Positions 13,542 through 32,200 of a stretch of 64,000 nucleotides of DNA are shown in pieces. The translations under genes and the position numbers were made by a program. This DNA is from Chrysomallon squamiferum (taxonomy: Eukaryota; Animalia; Mollusca): NCBI GenBank assembly GCA_012295275.1, contig CM022667.1, positions 11,656,001 to 11,720,000 of the forward strand, given 5' to 3'. Numbering within the stretch: position 1 is the first letter of the stretch; every line of letters starts with the position of its first letter. The notes under the pieces are model-generated. The model had not been told where the DNA came from. It worked only from the letters and a program-made list of their open reading frames with translations, and searched no databases.

Positions 13542-13617
13542 ATGAAGGTCTTTATCGTCGTGTTATTGGTGAGTTTTAATTTATTTTTTAGTGAAATATT
13601 TGTACGTGTATTTATAA

Positions 13618-13665
<48 letters not shown>

Positions 13666-14139
13666 TAATAATAACAACAACAACAACAACATTAACAATC
13701 ATAATAATAATAATGCAAATAATAATAATTGTTATTATTAGCAGTAGTACCAGTATTGTTCTTGTTATTATAATAATAATAATAATAGTAATTTTTGGCA
13801 ATAAAACACAAAATGAATGAAAGTAAAAATAAACAAAGTGAAGAAGAAAAGGAAATAGTACTTCCTAATTATATATTTTCCAGCTCACTGTCATAACCGT
13901 GATGGCCAATTTTGTAAACGGAAACGGAAATTGGAACAACAACAATGGATTTGACAACAATGGCTTTGACAACGGTTTTTTTTTTTTTATCATTGCTAAT
14001 ATATAAACTACTACATATTTTACAGAATTGTGCTTCACTCAGTTATTTTATGTCCAGTAAACTGCGTTAAAGAGTTAAATAAATAAATATATATATATAT
14101 ATATATATATAGACATATTTGTGAATTAAGTTAAAATGT

Positions 14140-14175
<36 letters not shown>

Positions 14176-14414
14176 TATGTTTGTTTAATTAACAATTTTG
14201 TTTTTAAATTGCGTTTTTTATTTACTTGTTTATAAACTGCCTTCTTCGTCTTCTTGCTCGTTTACGTCGTCACATTTGCAATTTAGGCATCGGCATCTGC
14301 GGCATCGACACTTTGTTTGACGAACTCGACGAGTGTTACAACGACTACGACTGCGATGATCCAGACATGGAGTGCGTTGGTCTTTGTCCACGAAGATGTG
14401 TGAGAAAAGACTGA
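13542..14414 (+). CDS. Gene B: small secreted protein, 81 aa; Asn/Gly-rich segment plus acidic 6-Cys WAP-derived domain (candidate shell or extracellular matrix protein)
   Basis: Exons 13542-13568, 13884-13974, 14287-14414 (phases 0,1; the second donor G|GTTTTT is weak). Protein MKVFIVVLLLTVITVMANFVNGNGNWNNNNGFDNNGFDNGIGICGIDTLFDELDECYNDYDCDDPDMECVGLCPRRCVRKD*. AATAAA at 14439. Confidence 0.8.
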
Positions 14415-15585
14415 GTCCGTTACAAACCTTCATGAATGAATAAATAAATTCAGTAAATTTTATTTTATTCTTGTTTGTTGTTGTTGTTGTTATTATTATT
14501 ATTAATCGATTTATTTTGCTTTTATGAGTATACATAAATACATACATATACACATGCATACAAACATACATTCACTATATACATACATATATACACAACA
14601 TATATACATCTATATATCCATTTGTTTCAGTACTATTAACAGACTGGAACACTTAAATAAAAATAAAGAATTAGTAAACAATAGAAAAAAGTCGAAATTA
14701 TTCAAAATATTTTATCATATGATAATATTTATTATTATTATTACTATTATATTACTACTACTACTACTACTATAAATACTCTGTAGGCACGTACGTACTA
14801 CATACATACAAACTACATACATACATACATACATACATATATACACACATACATACTACATCCATACTTACATACAGAGACACCAACAGTACGTATGTTC
14901 AGTCACTGTCAAAAACAATAAAATGAAAATGATAATCCTTTCCTCTGTCCAAATTACTAGATCACGATGACATACCTTCATAAACACAATTCAAAACTTG
15001 AATTATTGCATTTAACCCAAAATAACCCTTCTTTGACCTTTGAATAGTTCATCCCCCCCCACACGTCTGCAGTGCGACGTTAGTTTTAAGGTCAGTTTGA
15101 GGTAAATGATAGTAGAAATGAAATAAATTAACTTTATTTCTAGGAAACAGTATGTATCAATAACCAATGTTTGAAAATAATACATTTTAAATGTATCAAA
15201 AAAAAAAAAAAAAACATCCGTTAAAATATTTATTTTTCTGAAACGTCTAGAACAGAAGGCGATACGGTGTTTTTAAATTTAACCTTAATTTGACCAAACA
15301 AGGCATTTTTCTTTTTCTTTACTCAAGAATATTTATTTCATTAATATATATATATATATATATATCATATACTGAACGATCTCAAAAACGCATGGTAAAT
15401 ACATTTCTTAATGCGGAAAGGTCATCAGAGGTATCAAATGAACTTATGTTTTATATGTCATACTTTGCAAATTAATTATACCTGTGACAGTCAATTCTTC
15501 ATTGTGTCCACCGACATTCTATTTAATACCGCTTGACCCTCACTGTCCACTAGAACTGACCATTGTCTCAGAGACGGACATCATC

Positions 15586-18851
<3,266 letters not shown>

Positions 18852-19369
18852 GATTAGAAAATAAAAATGTATAATTTTTATATTACATTTGTTCTTGTTG
18901 TTTTTGCTATCAAAGTGTTTGTGTTTGTTTATAATCTGATATTGGATTACACAAGTCCGTACTCATCGTAAAATCATAGAAAACGTTTCCAAAATATTCA
19001 TCTAATAAATATTCCTCTCTGACTAATAAAAATATTTTCCCAAAACATTATTGAACTTATTTTTTTTTTTTTTTATTTCTTTGCTTATTTATTTATTTAT
19101 TTATTTATTTAGAAAACGTTTAGAAAAAGGGAATTAAATAAAAGATTAAAGGAACATGTATTATATAACGGTTAACCTGGAAACTGCTTTCAGAGAGATG
19201 AATCTACATTTAAAAACGATGTTAAGTTAGAGTTTGTTGCGGTAAAATTTCAGATAACTGTTGCACTGACTATTCTACAAATAAGCCATATGCCAAAAAT
19301 AGAACTCTCATCCTATCCGAAATAAGCATTATATCAAAATAAAAGTTTCTCTTATTTGTTACAAAAATA

Positions 19370-19450
<81 letters not shown>

Positions 19451-20381
19451 AAACAGGATTTAAACAGGGCATGGCCAAAGAACCTTCTGCCAGAACTGAC
19501 CACCCAGACTTCCTTCATAAAAAAAATGTAATAATTACAAAATTAGTTTTATAATAAACAATTAACCGTATGTGAGGGCATTAGAAAATATAAAAGTAAG
19601 GGACCTGGTTGTCCCCTATTTCAGAAAGGGCCTACTCCTCCCTTTGAATAAATAGATGAACTGGTAACATACGGGGAAAGGTTATCAAAGTGTTAATCTT
19701 AGAATTATAATCAAAAGCGTAACCTAGCCAGATCTTGTTTTTGACTTGTACTCATATACTGTCATGCATTTTTATTTTTTTTCCATCTGTCAGTTAAAGA
19801 GAAGGGTTGAGATTATATTGATTATTTCTAGTTTTGTTTTGATTGTAATCATCCCTTGTTTTTGTAAAATTAATTTTTTTTAAATTATATATAACAATAG
19901 AGACAAAAATAATTAAAAATCTTTGATAAGAACATAATTAATTCAGAAAAATAAAAAGCCACCACAACAGGTCTTCATAATTGGGCAATCAAAGAGTCGC
20001 CCTGAACATTTAAAACAAAATATCTTTTTTTAGTCTACAGGTTTGAAAATTACTGTTTTAAGAAAAATATACCAGTAATTACTCATTGTTCGTAACAGTT
20101 TATAGACAGGTCATTTTGTTGGTTCGTAAACAGTTTATTGTTTTCAACACTAACAGCACAGTTTTACTTTGATCGGTTTGGAGGCGCGAAATACCTAGCG
20201 CCGGTCTGCTGGCTAACTTGGTCTTATATCAAGTTTTACTGCACAGGTAACGACATAACTCAATATTAAATGGCATGTTAATATCATGTTTTGAATTATT
20301 TCACTATTTTCTGTCATCACGACTGCTCGAAGAAAAGCAACAACAACGGCGACAACCATAACGTTAATTGTAACGATAAAA

Positions 20382-20437
<56 letters not shown>

Positions 20438-20611
20438 TCATTATAAATTTGGAATAATGTAATAAATGTTCATGCTCATTTACATATTAATTAAATTAGA
20501 GACAGAACACTAAGATCTGTTATAATAAAAGAAAAAAAAATTAAATAAAAATTTTAAAACATATTATGAAGCGCTTCACTTTGGAGGACATTCAAAACAG
20601 AAGAAACAACA

Positions 20612-23600
20612 ATGTCGGAAAAGTTGTTTCTCTGTTTTGTGTTCGGGGTCGGGCTGCGTTTTTGTTTATTTAGAACATCTCTTTCATCATGGCTTGAATC
20701 AAAGAACGAAGTTATCACACCATTAACATCATGGGAAAGAGGTGACTTGTTCAACATTAATATTTCACCTGACATCTATCAGTTTGCATCAATATTTACC
20801 GACAATTTTTAATTTTTGTTATTAATATTACTTATTAGTGTCTACAATACAATGTTTCACTAACTGTAGTAACTGCTATAATTCATCAAAAGAAATTAAT
20901 GGGTATTCTTGAATTTATTTACCTTATTGTTGTTTTTTTTTTTTTTATTTTTTTTTTTTATTATTATTATTATTCCCCCTCCCCTTTGGTGTTTTCTGTC
21001 CAACCAACATATGTAAATGTCATATAAAATAGTCCTTCATCAATGTTCTGTAATCTGATTCTCTGATCTTTTTGTTTTCAGTCGAAGAAGGTCTGGCTCT
21101 TCAGGAAAATTTTATTTCTGCTTATGCTGGGAATAATTTTCATGAGGTAATTTGTAATAATGCTGTTCATGTTCCATATCTTACAATAGAAATTATTCAC
21201 AACTTCCTAAAGTATCTTAGTAGGCACTTATTTTTAACTGTTAATAAATTATATATTAAGACAAAACTAAATCTGAATCATTATTATTATCTTCACTTTT
21301 TTTGTACCATGTCCAAGTTTTTTCAAATAAAAAGATTGCTATTTATTTATTTATTATTTTTATTTTATTTTTATTTTTTAGTTCATGTTTCTGTAAACAT
21401 TAAAATTAATGATTTGATTTTTAAAATTTGTATTAAAACAGTCTTCTAAATTTATTAATACAGATCAGAAAACTGTTTTGTTTCATAATGATAATTGCCT
21501 ATTTCTGGCAAAATAAAATCATTTCATTATTCAGTTGATGACAGCAATCAAAGTTATATATCTGGATGTGACATAAAATGTTGTGGAGAGTTTGTTCATA
21601 TAATTAAAGATAAATTAAAAAATATATATATATATCTAATCTACATATATTTAAATATATTAATATTTCTTTAATCAGACAAGATGTTTTATTTTATTCA
21701 CTTTCTACAAAGTTTGTTATTGTATTAATTACATTCATGTTGATTTATTCGCAGTCTCCATTGCTGCTTCGGATTCTGGGCCTGTTTTCCCGATGGCCTG
21801 GGGCTGTCAACATTCTTTTTATTGTAAGTTTATTTACAACTCAGTGTTTTGTGTAAACAGGTACTGGTGGCACCCACTGCACAGCTGCCTGTAAATTCCT
21901 AAATCAACTGAAAATCTCCATCTTTCCTCAGTTCGGGACAAATAAACTGGTCAAAGGAACTTTTAATGTGGACCATAACAAAGAGCAATGATTTCTCTTT
22001 CCAGTGCACCACTTTTTTTCATGGAACTTGTGATCATTTTTTTATTTTTTTTGAAGAATCATGTCGTTTCATGCACTCACACAGTATGGCATTCTTTATT
22101 ACACCTTGCAAAAAAAAAAATATAATTTTGTTTCTACCATCTTGTGATCTGCCCATTCAAACAAAAAGGATCTAGATGTTAAAAAATAATGATTTTCTTA
22201 TTTTGTTGGGTTTGTTTTTGAGAAAGGTTATGTTAGTGATTTCAAGGGATCAAGGGAGGTAATTTGTGTTGCAGATATCTATAACACTGGGGGAAAAATG
22301 ACAGTTATTGTTCGTAGATGAAATGTTGGGTCCCAGTACCTAATTTAAGTTAACAAATATATTGGAATGCTGGAAGCATATGCATATCTATGTGAAAGTC
22401 ATTGAAGCCTAGTTAAAAGATAAAAATAATTATTAGTTGAAGGACGTGTTTAATATTTATATTCTTTCAAACAAATAAAAATCAACAAAAAAAATATAAT
22501 TTATTATTCTTCTAACTCTGATATAGAAAGATCAAATATTTATTTCCCAGTTCAACTGAGACTTGAAAACTAGATTTTTCCTTTTGTTTTATATATGTAC
22601 CAAAAACATGATTATTTGTTAAGTAACATATTTTTCTATATTTAATTCATACTGAACAAAATAATCATTTTAAATTTACATGTATTTATTTTAATTTTAG
22701 TTAGTTGATGCTCTGGTTGGTTTTGTGCTTGTTAAAATTGCCAAAGAATTTGGCCATTATCTGGTAAGTTTATAAATTTCTATTTCTGTTTTCATTTATT
22801 ATTATATTATTATTATTGTTGTTGTGTTATACTTATAGTCATTTTTAGTATGTTAGTACAATAGAGGGGACAGAAAATAGTGAAATATTTTCAAACTGTG
22901 ACACTAACATGCTACTGTGAGTCATTACCTGTGCTGTAAAACCTTGTATCTAAATAATGCATTAATGATTTTTTGTCGTGTTTTTTTTCTGTAATAATAA
23001 TAATTCTTAATTTATACTGTGATAACCTATTACTTGATGACATAAATTATCCTCATAAAAAAAGTCTGTTACAGCTGATGACATCATTTTATCTACATAT
23101 TTTTTTTAACTTTTATAACATGTGTCATATGACCCCGTTACATGAAAGATATAATTTGCTAACCGATGAGTAAGAGAAAGGTTTAGATATACAATGATAG
23201 GGTGTTTGTTTTAATAATCATCCATTTTCCTTTATTTCAGTTACAGAAACAAACTCAAGAGGTAAAGAAGTACGCAACTAATGTGACAAAATTACTTCAC
23301 AGAACTGCAGATCTTCAGTGGCTACAAGTTTACGTGTTGGTTGTGTGAGTTTGTTATGGATTTTTTCTTTTTCACTGTAAATTTATATAGCTTAAAATTA
23401 GCTTAAATCTACTTTTCTTGAGAAAAAAGATGATTTTGTTTCTACCTAAATTGATTCCATCACATATTTAAGAAAAATAAATATTTAAAAGAGAAAAATT
23501 AAAATGTGTCTGTGGTGATATGCAGAAATTTAATAGGCTTAATATATTCAGCACACTTCCAAGATATGATTTTGTTTTATTTTATTTTTTGCCTTCTCTT

Positions 23601-25034
23601 TTTAATTAATAACAAAGTATAACCACAAAAGATTACAGTTACAAAAAAAAAAAAAAAAAAATATCGGATATTTAGTTTTGTAACCAAGATATATCATAAT
23701 GTTCAGCAAACCAGTTTGTTTTAGGCTCAGACAAAATATACTAATGAGTTGGCTGTGTAACAAGATAACATCGCTACTCCATTTGTAAATGGTTAAAAGC
23801 AAATAATGAAATGATATTTTGTATGTCTTATTTTATATTTATTTTGCAGGCATTTTTTCAACCCATACAGTATCGCAACATGCCTTGCCAAGTCAACTGC
23901 TTTGTTTTCAAATTTGACTATCCTTCTGTGTTTCTTGTACACCCTTAAAGGTAAATATGAAAAGAAAAAGAAAAAAGAGTTGAATATGAAGGTGGAGAAT
24001 ACAAATAATTTTTAATTTAACAACTTCAAAGAGCATTATTTATTTATGGTCATTCTCTGCTGTTGTACATGGCAATGAACAATGTTAAGAAATTGTTTTT
24101 TTTTTTTTTTTTTTTCTCATGGATTTCTTTTTCTTGTTTTTTTATTTTATATTTTTTTTTATTCGGATACATTTCTGGATTTGTTATAACTCATAGATGA
24201 TAAGATGTGAAGGTAAAATTTTGGTAAAAAAAGCTCTAATTATCTAAATTTACCCTATCCCTTTTTTCTTTTTTAATTGGCGGAGTTATCTGTTGATGGT
24301 TGTCAGGTGTCAAAAGTAATTTTAAAATGATAATCATTTGTAAAAAAAGTTTTCTTTTCCTTGCAGGAAATGAGATTCTCAGTACTTTATTCATTGCCAT
24401 AGCAACCTACCAGTGCCTGTATCCATTCATACTGACTGTTCCAGTAGCAATTTACTTCTACAGAGTTAGAACATTTATTTTTTTAATGTATTTATTGTAA
24501 TTTACTGCAGTTAGACAGTAATTCTGTAGCAAAGTTCATTACTATAAATTAGTAGGGACTGGTTTCAACAAGAAATAACAAATTATTATTATTATTTTCA
24601 AATAAATAAAATTTGACAGAGAAATAAAAATAAATTATTTTAAGCAGTGAGATTGTCGGGTTTGTTTATTATTGAATAATGAAGTAATTTGATTACTAAT
24701 TCCACAACACCCAAATTTTATAAACTGCTTCCTAATTTCATACATGTATATATGATAATTTGGCATTCACTTTATAATTATGTGTAATATCACCACTGCT
24801 GTTGTATTTGTCATTATTACAGTGTATTTTTGTTTTCCTGAAACAGAAAATGCATCCTAAGCGAGACAGTTATTCTGACGTGGTGGCTATGGGCAGTTAT
24901 TTCCGTACCTCAATCCTTGTGACTTTCTGGACAGTTATTCTTCTGTGGATTTCTTTTCTACTGGAAGGATCCTGGAACTTTTTAAGCTCAACTTACGGTT
25001 TTATGTTAGTATGAAATGAACCATAAGAATAGCA

Positions 25035-25101
<67 letters not shown>

Positions 25102-27399
25102 GGTCATCATCATCATTATTATTATTATTATTATTAATATTAATATATCCAATTTTTTTATGTAAATATAGCTATCCATTTCATTCATCATGCACACATA
25201 TCTGTGTTTTATATCAAAAATAAAAAAATTGTTGTTGTTACAAGGGTTACTCATGGATTGAGAGCAAGAGTTTGTTTATACAAGTCTTCCCTTGGTGAGG
25301 AAAACACACTGATAAGAGCCAGCAATACACATACAGGATTGGTTCGAACAAGAAATAAACATGTCTACCAATTATTCTCTGACACATGATATACACATGT
25401 CTTATGCACATTGTAATCACTAAGCTAAAGTCAGATATAGTGGACTGAATTATTACAGTTAACACATTCCATCCATGCAGTTACTCTCCTCATACCAATT
25501 TTAATTTTTAACATTATTTTGATTACTTTATTTTAATAAAATAAAAATTTTAATGTATTTTTTTCAGTCTGACTGTGCCTGATTTGACTCCAAACATTGG
25601 TGTGTTCTGGTATTTTTTCACTGAGATGTTTGAACATTTCCGAACATTTTTCCTCTGTGTGTTCCAAATCAATGCTGTGGTCTTTACAATACCTTTGTGC
25701 ATCACACTGAGGTGATTATATATAACAGTTCAATTTGTTCCTAACAAATAACAAAATGTTAATAACTTTATATATAAAATGTTTATAAAATTGGTCAGTA
25801 AAATTCTGTGGCCTTTGTAGATAGAATTCTCACTAAAATTTATTTCTATTGTTTAATAACAAATTACGATTATATTTGATCATAGATCTTAATATCTTAA
25901 ACTGATGCATCAAATTTTATAACATATTCTGACTGCATTTGATCATGTATCTGAAACTGATGTTTAATGTTTTATAAATACACAAATGTTTTTTGTTACT
26001 TTCAGAGACAGTCCAATATTTCAGATGTATATTTTAGTGTTTCTGATTGGAATTTTCAAGTCATATCCAAGTTATGCTGATGTAGCTCTCTATTTATCCT
26101 TGTTACCTTTGTTTAAACATGTGTTTCAGTGTAAGTGTGTCACAATAAATATACTTATTTTACTAAATCAAACTACTTTTAAATCTGTATTTTTTTAAAT
26201 TGTACATTCTTTATATTAAATATAAAAAGCTAAATTTAAATATTTCGGTGCTATAATTATGCAGTTAAACTAAAGTACTTTTGTTTTTATGTATATTTAG
26301 ATTTTGTGTGGAATAATTATTTATCTGATCATTTCATAATTTTACATATTTTAGTGGTTTTAGTTGTTTATTTACATACAATGTACTTATTTTCTAATTC
26401 CTGTGCGTCATCCAAATTTGTATTTAAAAGAAATCTTACATATGAAAATGTATTCATTTTGGGGGTGGTGGTGGTTGTTCTCTGAACCTAGAACCATTAA
26501 TTAACCATTCATTGGAAATGTTTATGCGCACGCATGTGCATGTGTGTTTGTGTGTTCATTCATTGGTCTATTTTGTGTCCTGCATTAGACAGAATAATCT
26601 TTCTTTCCTTATTAATTTTTTTTAAATGACTATTTTTCAGATATGCGTAACAAATTTGTGGTCTGCTGCATGTATATCTGCTGTACTGTATTTGCTCCAA
26701 TTCTCTGGCATTTGTGGATCTACGCAGGAAGTGCCAACGCAAACTTCTACTTCGCCATTACTTTGACTTACTGCACTGCAGAGGTAGCACTTCAGTCTTT
26801 TATTTTTAGTTGTTTGTACAGAAAAGCACAAAAACTTTATTTTTACTTTTTAACATTAGTAAAAAAAAAAAATTTGTCTTCAAAATTTTGTTTAAATCTA
26901 TTGTTATTGTTAGGTTTTTTATCTTGTTTATTTTATTATTATTTTATTTTTATTGTTTTGTTATAAAGAAATTTTCAGTTATTTGCAAGAACATTTTTGT
27001 TATCTTAAAAACAGTTTTTTCAGTGTAATGAATGTTAAGATTGTTTGCAAGAATAACAGAAGAAATATTTCTTCATTTTCATGTTGTTATTAATTAAGTT
27101 GAGACTTTGTGTATGAATGTTATTATCAGGACTAAATTTATTTGTCAGACTTTTATTACCATAACTAAACATATTTGTAAAAATTACTCCTATAACAGTG
27201 ATATTTTGTGATCTTTAATATTATTGCATGCTTATTGGTCCATTAAACATTTAGGTATTAACTGAACAAATCTTTTCTGTTCCAGGTTTTTCTTGTTACA
27301 GATCTTCTCTTTGGATTTCTCAGGCGACAGTTTGACCTCACAAATGGTGTCAACAAAAAACTGGAAAATGGAGAACCAGCCCAGATAGTTCTCGAATGA
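20612..27399 (+). CDS. PIGU: GPI transamidase subunit PIG-U, ~437 aa, 12 exons
   Basis: Exons 20612-20741, 21082-21146, 21755-21823, 22701-22763, 23241-23344, 23850-23950, 24367-24464, 24847-25004, 25568-25711, 26006-26130, 26641-26783, 27286-27399 join in frame. Signature motifs [70 protein letters not shown]. Confidence 0.97.
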
Positions 27400-28305
27400 A
27401 CATTTTATTTTTTTCTCTCTCATAAAAATCAAAACTGTAGTTAAGATGCAGGCACTAAATGTATTATTTTGAATCTTTACCATTTCTCAGAATGACTGTC
27501 TGATCATTTAATTATCACAATTAATTAATGTCATGAAGGAAGGAAAGACTCATCAAGCCATATTTCTTTTTCTTTTTTTTTAATTTCATTGCACTTCGTA
27601 AAAATTTTGAAAGATGATGATTAGTTATGAAACATTCCTTATGCAAGACAAAAATGGAAATGAAAGGTTAATGTGCTGAACTAAAGGCTTTAACACAAAA
27701 AAATGATTCATCACAATGATTCTTTCCATCAAAAAGCAATTGATGATTTCTTGTTTGAAAACTAAAAATATTTCATTAATTGTTGTTTCGTGGGTGAAAA
27801 AAAATAAACAACAGCTCGCTCTGATTAGCACATATGTGACAGACACACTCTCTGACAAAGCCAGGGGGGTCGTAGAATGTTGTTACATGTCAGAAATGTA
27901 TCTGTATAAAATGATAAGAAAAAGAAAATCTGTCCACAAGAAACTCATCTTAGTTTATAGCCAGGAGTGTATTACAAACTCTTTTATGTAGACTGCAACC
28001 AGTTGGTTTGATCAAGAAACATACTGAGGAGAACTGATCATGTTCTGTACAGACAAACCTTCAGTCTTTAGCCATGTTGTAAAAGTATTGTACACCAAGC
28101 ACACCATCTGACTGGTTAATGTTAACATTAATGGCACCTTCAAACACTGTGATGCTTTTTTCATTATTTTTTCCCACCAGTTTCATCAGAAACAACAAGC
28201 TGTTGATGTATGTTTTATGTTTAAAAAAATTGTATAAATATATGTACTAAATGTGAAGTAATCATGTAATTTTAACTGGTTTATTTATATTAAAAAATAT
28301 ATTAA

Positions 28306-28338
<33 letters not shown>

Positions 28339-29214
28339 CATCATCACCTTTATAATTTGTTCTAATAAAACAAGCACAATTGAAATCACAGACTTGTTTA
28401 TTTTAACTTAAAACATTTCTATTATTTTGACTCTTTTTTTCTTAATTTTTAGAATAATACCATGTCAATCATATCAAAGTTTGTACATTAGTGTTTATAT
28501 AACTGAAAATAATTAAATTTTAATTATTAATCGTCATCATTTGAAAACAAACTATGAATCTAATTTTACCCTTTTATAATATACGCAAGTAAACGATCTT
28601 GAAAATTAGAGAGGTGTGTTTGATGCATCGGGTAATTTTGTTCAAGTAGCAAAAAGTATATCATAAATATGTTTATACACCTCCCCGAAGTCGGGAAAGC
28701 ATGATATACCAATACATTTAATAAACCAGCTGATCAACAATGACTGGCGCTAGAAATAATGTTTTTTATAGTTGTTGTTTTTATTAGTTTTTTGTCATTG
28801 ACCATATTTAATATTAATTTAGATCTGAGTAAAATACTTTTTTCTAATGCTTCCAAATTAGTAGTACTCACTGGTTATTACACATTAATGCTGGAACTGA
28901 AAAGGAAAAACAATTTTAAAAATTACATATTCTTGGTTAATGTCAGCTTGTTCCGTTAACCAACTGATAACTCTTTGATATAACGTTTCTAAAAAGTTCG
29001 CTAGAAATATTCGCTGGTTTAACGTTATCATACTTCGTTGAAAATCTTCTCTGTGGTGAAAATAAAAAAATACATTAGTTTTTGTCTGAATGACTGGTAC
29101 GCTGTTGTACGTTACCGCTGAGCTATTCATAACGCTATTTCATTTTTAACGCAACAGGTTGTCAGTGTAGTATTTTGACAGGAGAATTTTCTGAATGTTC
29201 TTTAGATTTTAAAA

Positions 29215-32200
29215 ATGAGCAGAAGTGGAGCTGAAATTAGAGCGAGGTATAAAACATATATTGTTGTCAACGATTTCATGTCGGTTTTCATACACATAAT
29301 TCTTAAACTGAAGTACAGTTTCATATTTGTTTTAATTCACAGTAATTTCATATTACGCGGTTCTTGTGATCAAGCAGTGACATGCTGTTAATACTTAATA
29401 ATAGTGTTATTAATTTAAAATAAAAGTAATAAAAGCATTATTGCCATCAATTTATTAACACGTGTAGATGTTTTCAATTTTATTTGTTTATTTAGTACAT
29501 TGTTAAGCTGTCGAGTCGGTAATGCTTCTCAAAGTTAATCCTTTATTTTTTTAATGTGTGTTTCTTAATGGAGTTACTCACTTACTGTATATATAACATA
29601 TTAAACATGAATCTACTCAGTTATAACTTATATTTCCCTTGTATGATTATGGATCTTAATGCGAAAAAATAATTTAATTAATGACAACTTTTTGTGTATC
29701 TATAAATCCTGCAGATAATTAAGCAAAGAATACGTTAAATTTAATGTTTAATTTTTGTTTTGTCTAATGGGTGTTTAACAGTTAATAATGTTTATTCATT
29801 TTAATGTCTCTGATTAATTCTTGTTTCCAGCACTGCACAGTGTAAACTGATTCAGGATCGAATCTCAGCAACTGAAAATCATTTAGGTCAGATATGTGAC
29901 ACAATGTCATCTTACACACGCAAAACAGCTCACCTCCGAGATAAAGGTGAGTGATACTTACATTTACATTTTATCTGTGTCTATAACTGTATCAGTCTAA
30001 TACAGTTGTTAAATTCTGTAAGCAATTAATTGTCATGTAAACATTTTTAATGCAGTTTTCATTCTTTAGAATCAGATTAATTAAAGCTATAATGTGAATA
30101 CTGATTATTATTTTTTATACTGTACCAGGTGACGATATAGCTAAAACTCTCGCTCGATATTCTGATTATGAAATGATGAATCTGACATTAAAGAAAGCAT
30201 TGGCGGAATTTGCTGAGAATTTTTCAGGTATTCAAGACTATCGACAAGCAGAGGTAATTCTTAAACTTATTTTTTTTTAGCCTTTTTCTTTTCGTTTTTA
30301 AACTAGTCACTGAGTATTTTGGTCGGATTGCGTTAGGTAAAAGAGAATGTTTGAAATTACATCAGTCAATCAAATGGATCTAACATTATTACTGTTAGTA
30401 TCTGTTCACTAAATAAGCATCCAGTTTCAAAAAACATATACAAACTGCCATTAGTACACATCTGAATTAAAAATAGATTTTCTATATTGAATAAAGTTTA
30501 AATTTCGTTTTAGAGTATTTACAGTTTATAAGTGTACTGTGTTTATAGTTAACTCAAAAATTGTATATACTTTCTCTTGTGATTTTGGTATAGTGTTTTA
30601 AAGCATTAAAAAATCTTTAAAGCACTGTTCTGTAATGTACAAATGAAGGTTTGTATTTCTTTTAAAATGTGTACATATTTTATTCAGGTTACGCGACTGG
30701 AAGCCAAGGTTGTGGAGCCACTCAGTAGCTATGGTTTGCTTTGTAAACAGACCAAGGTTTGTGTTTTATGTAGAAACTCCACACCATAAGAAAACAATTT
30801 TCATCACAAAACAAATTTATTGCAAGCATAACATATGTAAAATCTTTGAGTTAAAAAGCTTGTAACTGTGTCTGTGGGTTTTTTATTTTTCATATTGCTT
30901 TAATCTTGGCTTATCATATAAATATTGCAAATATTTTAATCTATAATAAATTAATGATGAAAAAGTCCTTATTTCGTTTGGTAGCCAAAATTATTTTATT
31001 ATTTGAATGTTTATAATGTTTCAGGGTTGTTGTTCTTTTTGGGAGTTGGGGGGTAGTCTTTTGGTTGTTTAATTGTGTGACTTATTTATACCTGTTTAGA
31101 TATTTAAACTATGTATGATTAATTGAGGTTTTATTTATTTATTTTTTTATTTTTTTCAGAATGAATTGAAAGCTTCATTTGCAAGCCGAGATAAAGAAGT
31201 TAATCAAAAGAAAAAAGTAGATAAAGTTAGACAGAAAAATCCTAACGACAGACAACAAATTGTATCCTTCCTTTGATTTTAACTCATGACTTTGTTTTAT
31301 CTAGCTTGTTTTTGCTTGTTTTTAGAGTCCATCTGAACATATCAGTATTTATTTTGTCTCAGTTTCACTGACTTTTTAATTTTCAACATGTCTTCTATTT
31401 CTTTCATTTCTTATTTAATTTTTGTATTTGTCTGTTCATGAATTTATTTGAAATATTTACCTTGACCACAAATCAGTCACAGGTATGTAAAAATTCCAGG
31501 AAATTTCTAAACTGAAGATTTGGAATATGAAGAAAGGGAGCATAAATGTTTCTTATTACACAATCTCTCTTTGATCATTTAACTTTAAAATAAGGAAACT
31601 AAAACTAAACATATTAATGCTGAAATTGTTTCAGAAACAATAATCTGTTTGAATAATGTTTTTATAGCAACATTAAACTGAAAGATTCTCACAGCTTAGA
31701 AATATTTAAGCATTTTCACTATGCTCTCATATAATTTTCAAACAAAGTTAAATGTAACTTAAATATAAATCCCAAGTATATACTGTCTCAAAAATGTCAC
31801 TTTGTATTAAATGGAGAATTCTAAAAAGTGATTAACATAATGTGGAAAATTGTTTTAAAACTTTAAAATATTGTGTATATCAAAAGCAAATACAACTGCA
31901 GATGTAATTATCATTTGATACTGTTCTTATTTATTATAAATATTTTCGTCTTTCTTTTCCTCTGTGATAGTTAAAATTAATTTAAAGGAAAACTGATTAC
32001 GACTGGTTTAAGAAAAATGTAAAAAGATATCGAAGATTGAAATATGAATGTTTTGTTTTGTGAAAATGATTTCAGGCTGAGAGAGAGCTACAGAAAGCCA
32101 GTGTTGAGGCAACACGCACTGAGAAAATTCTAGAACAGCAAATGGACTCTTTCGAGTTCAAGAAAGTGAACGACCTGAAGGTTATTTCCGTCTTTTTGAA

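Noticed and set aside
19460-20005. Short GC-richer patches that might be transposon ends
   Set aside because: No convincing paired terminal repeats or target-site duplication.
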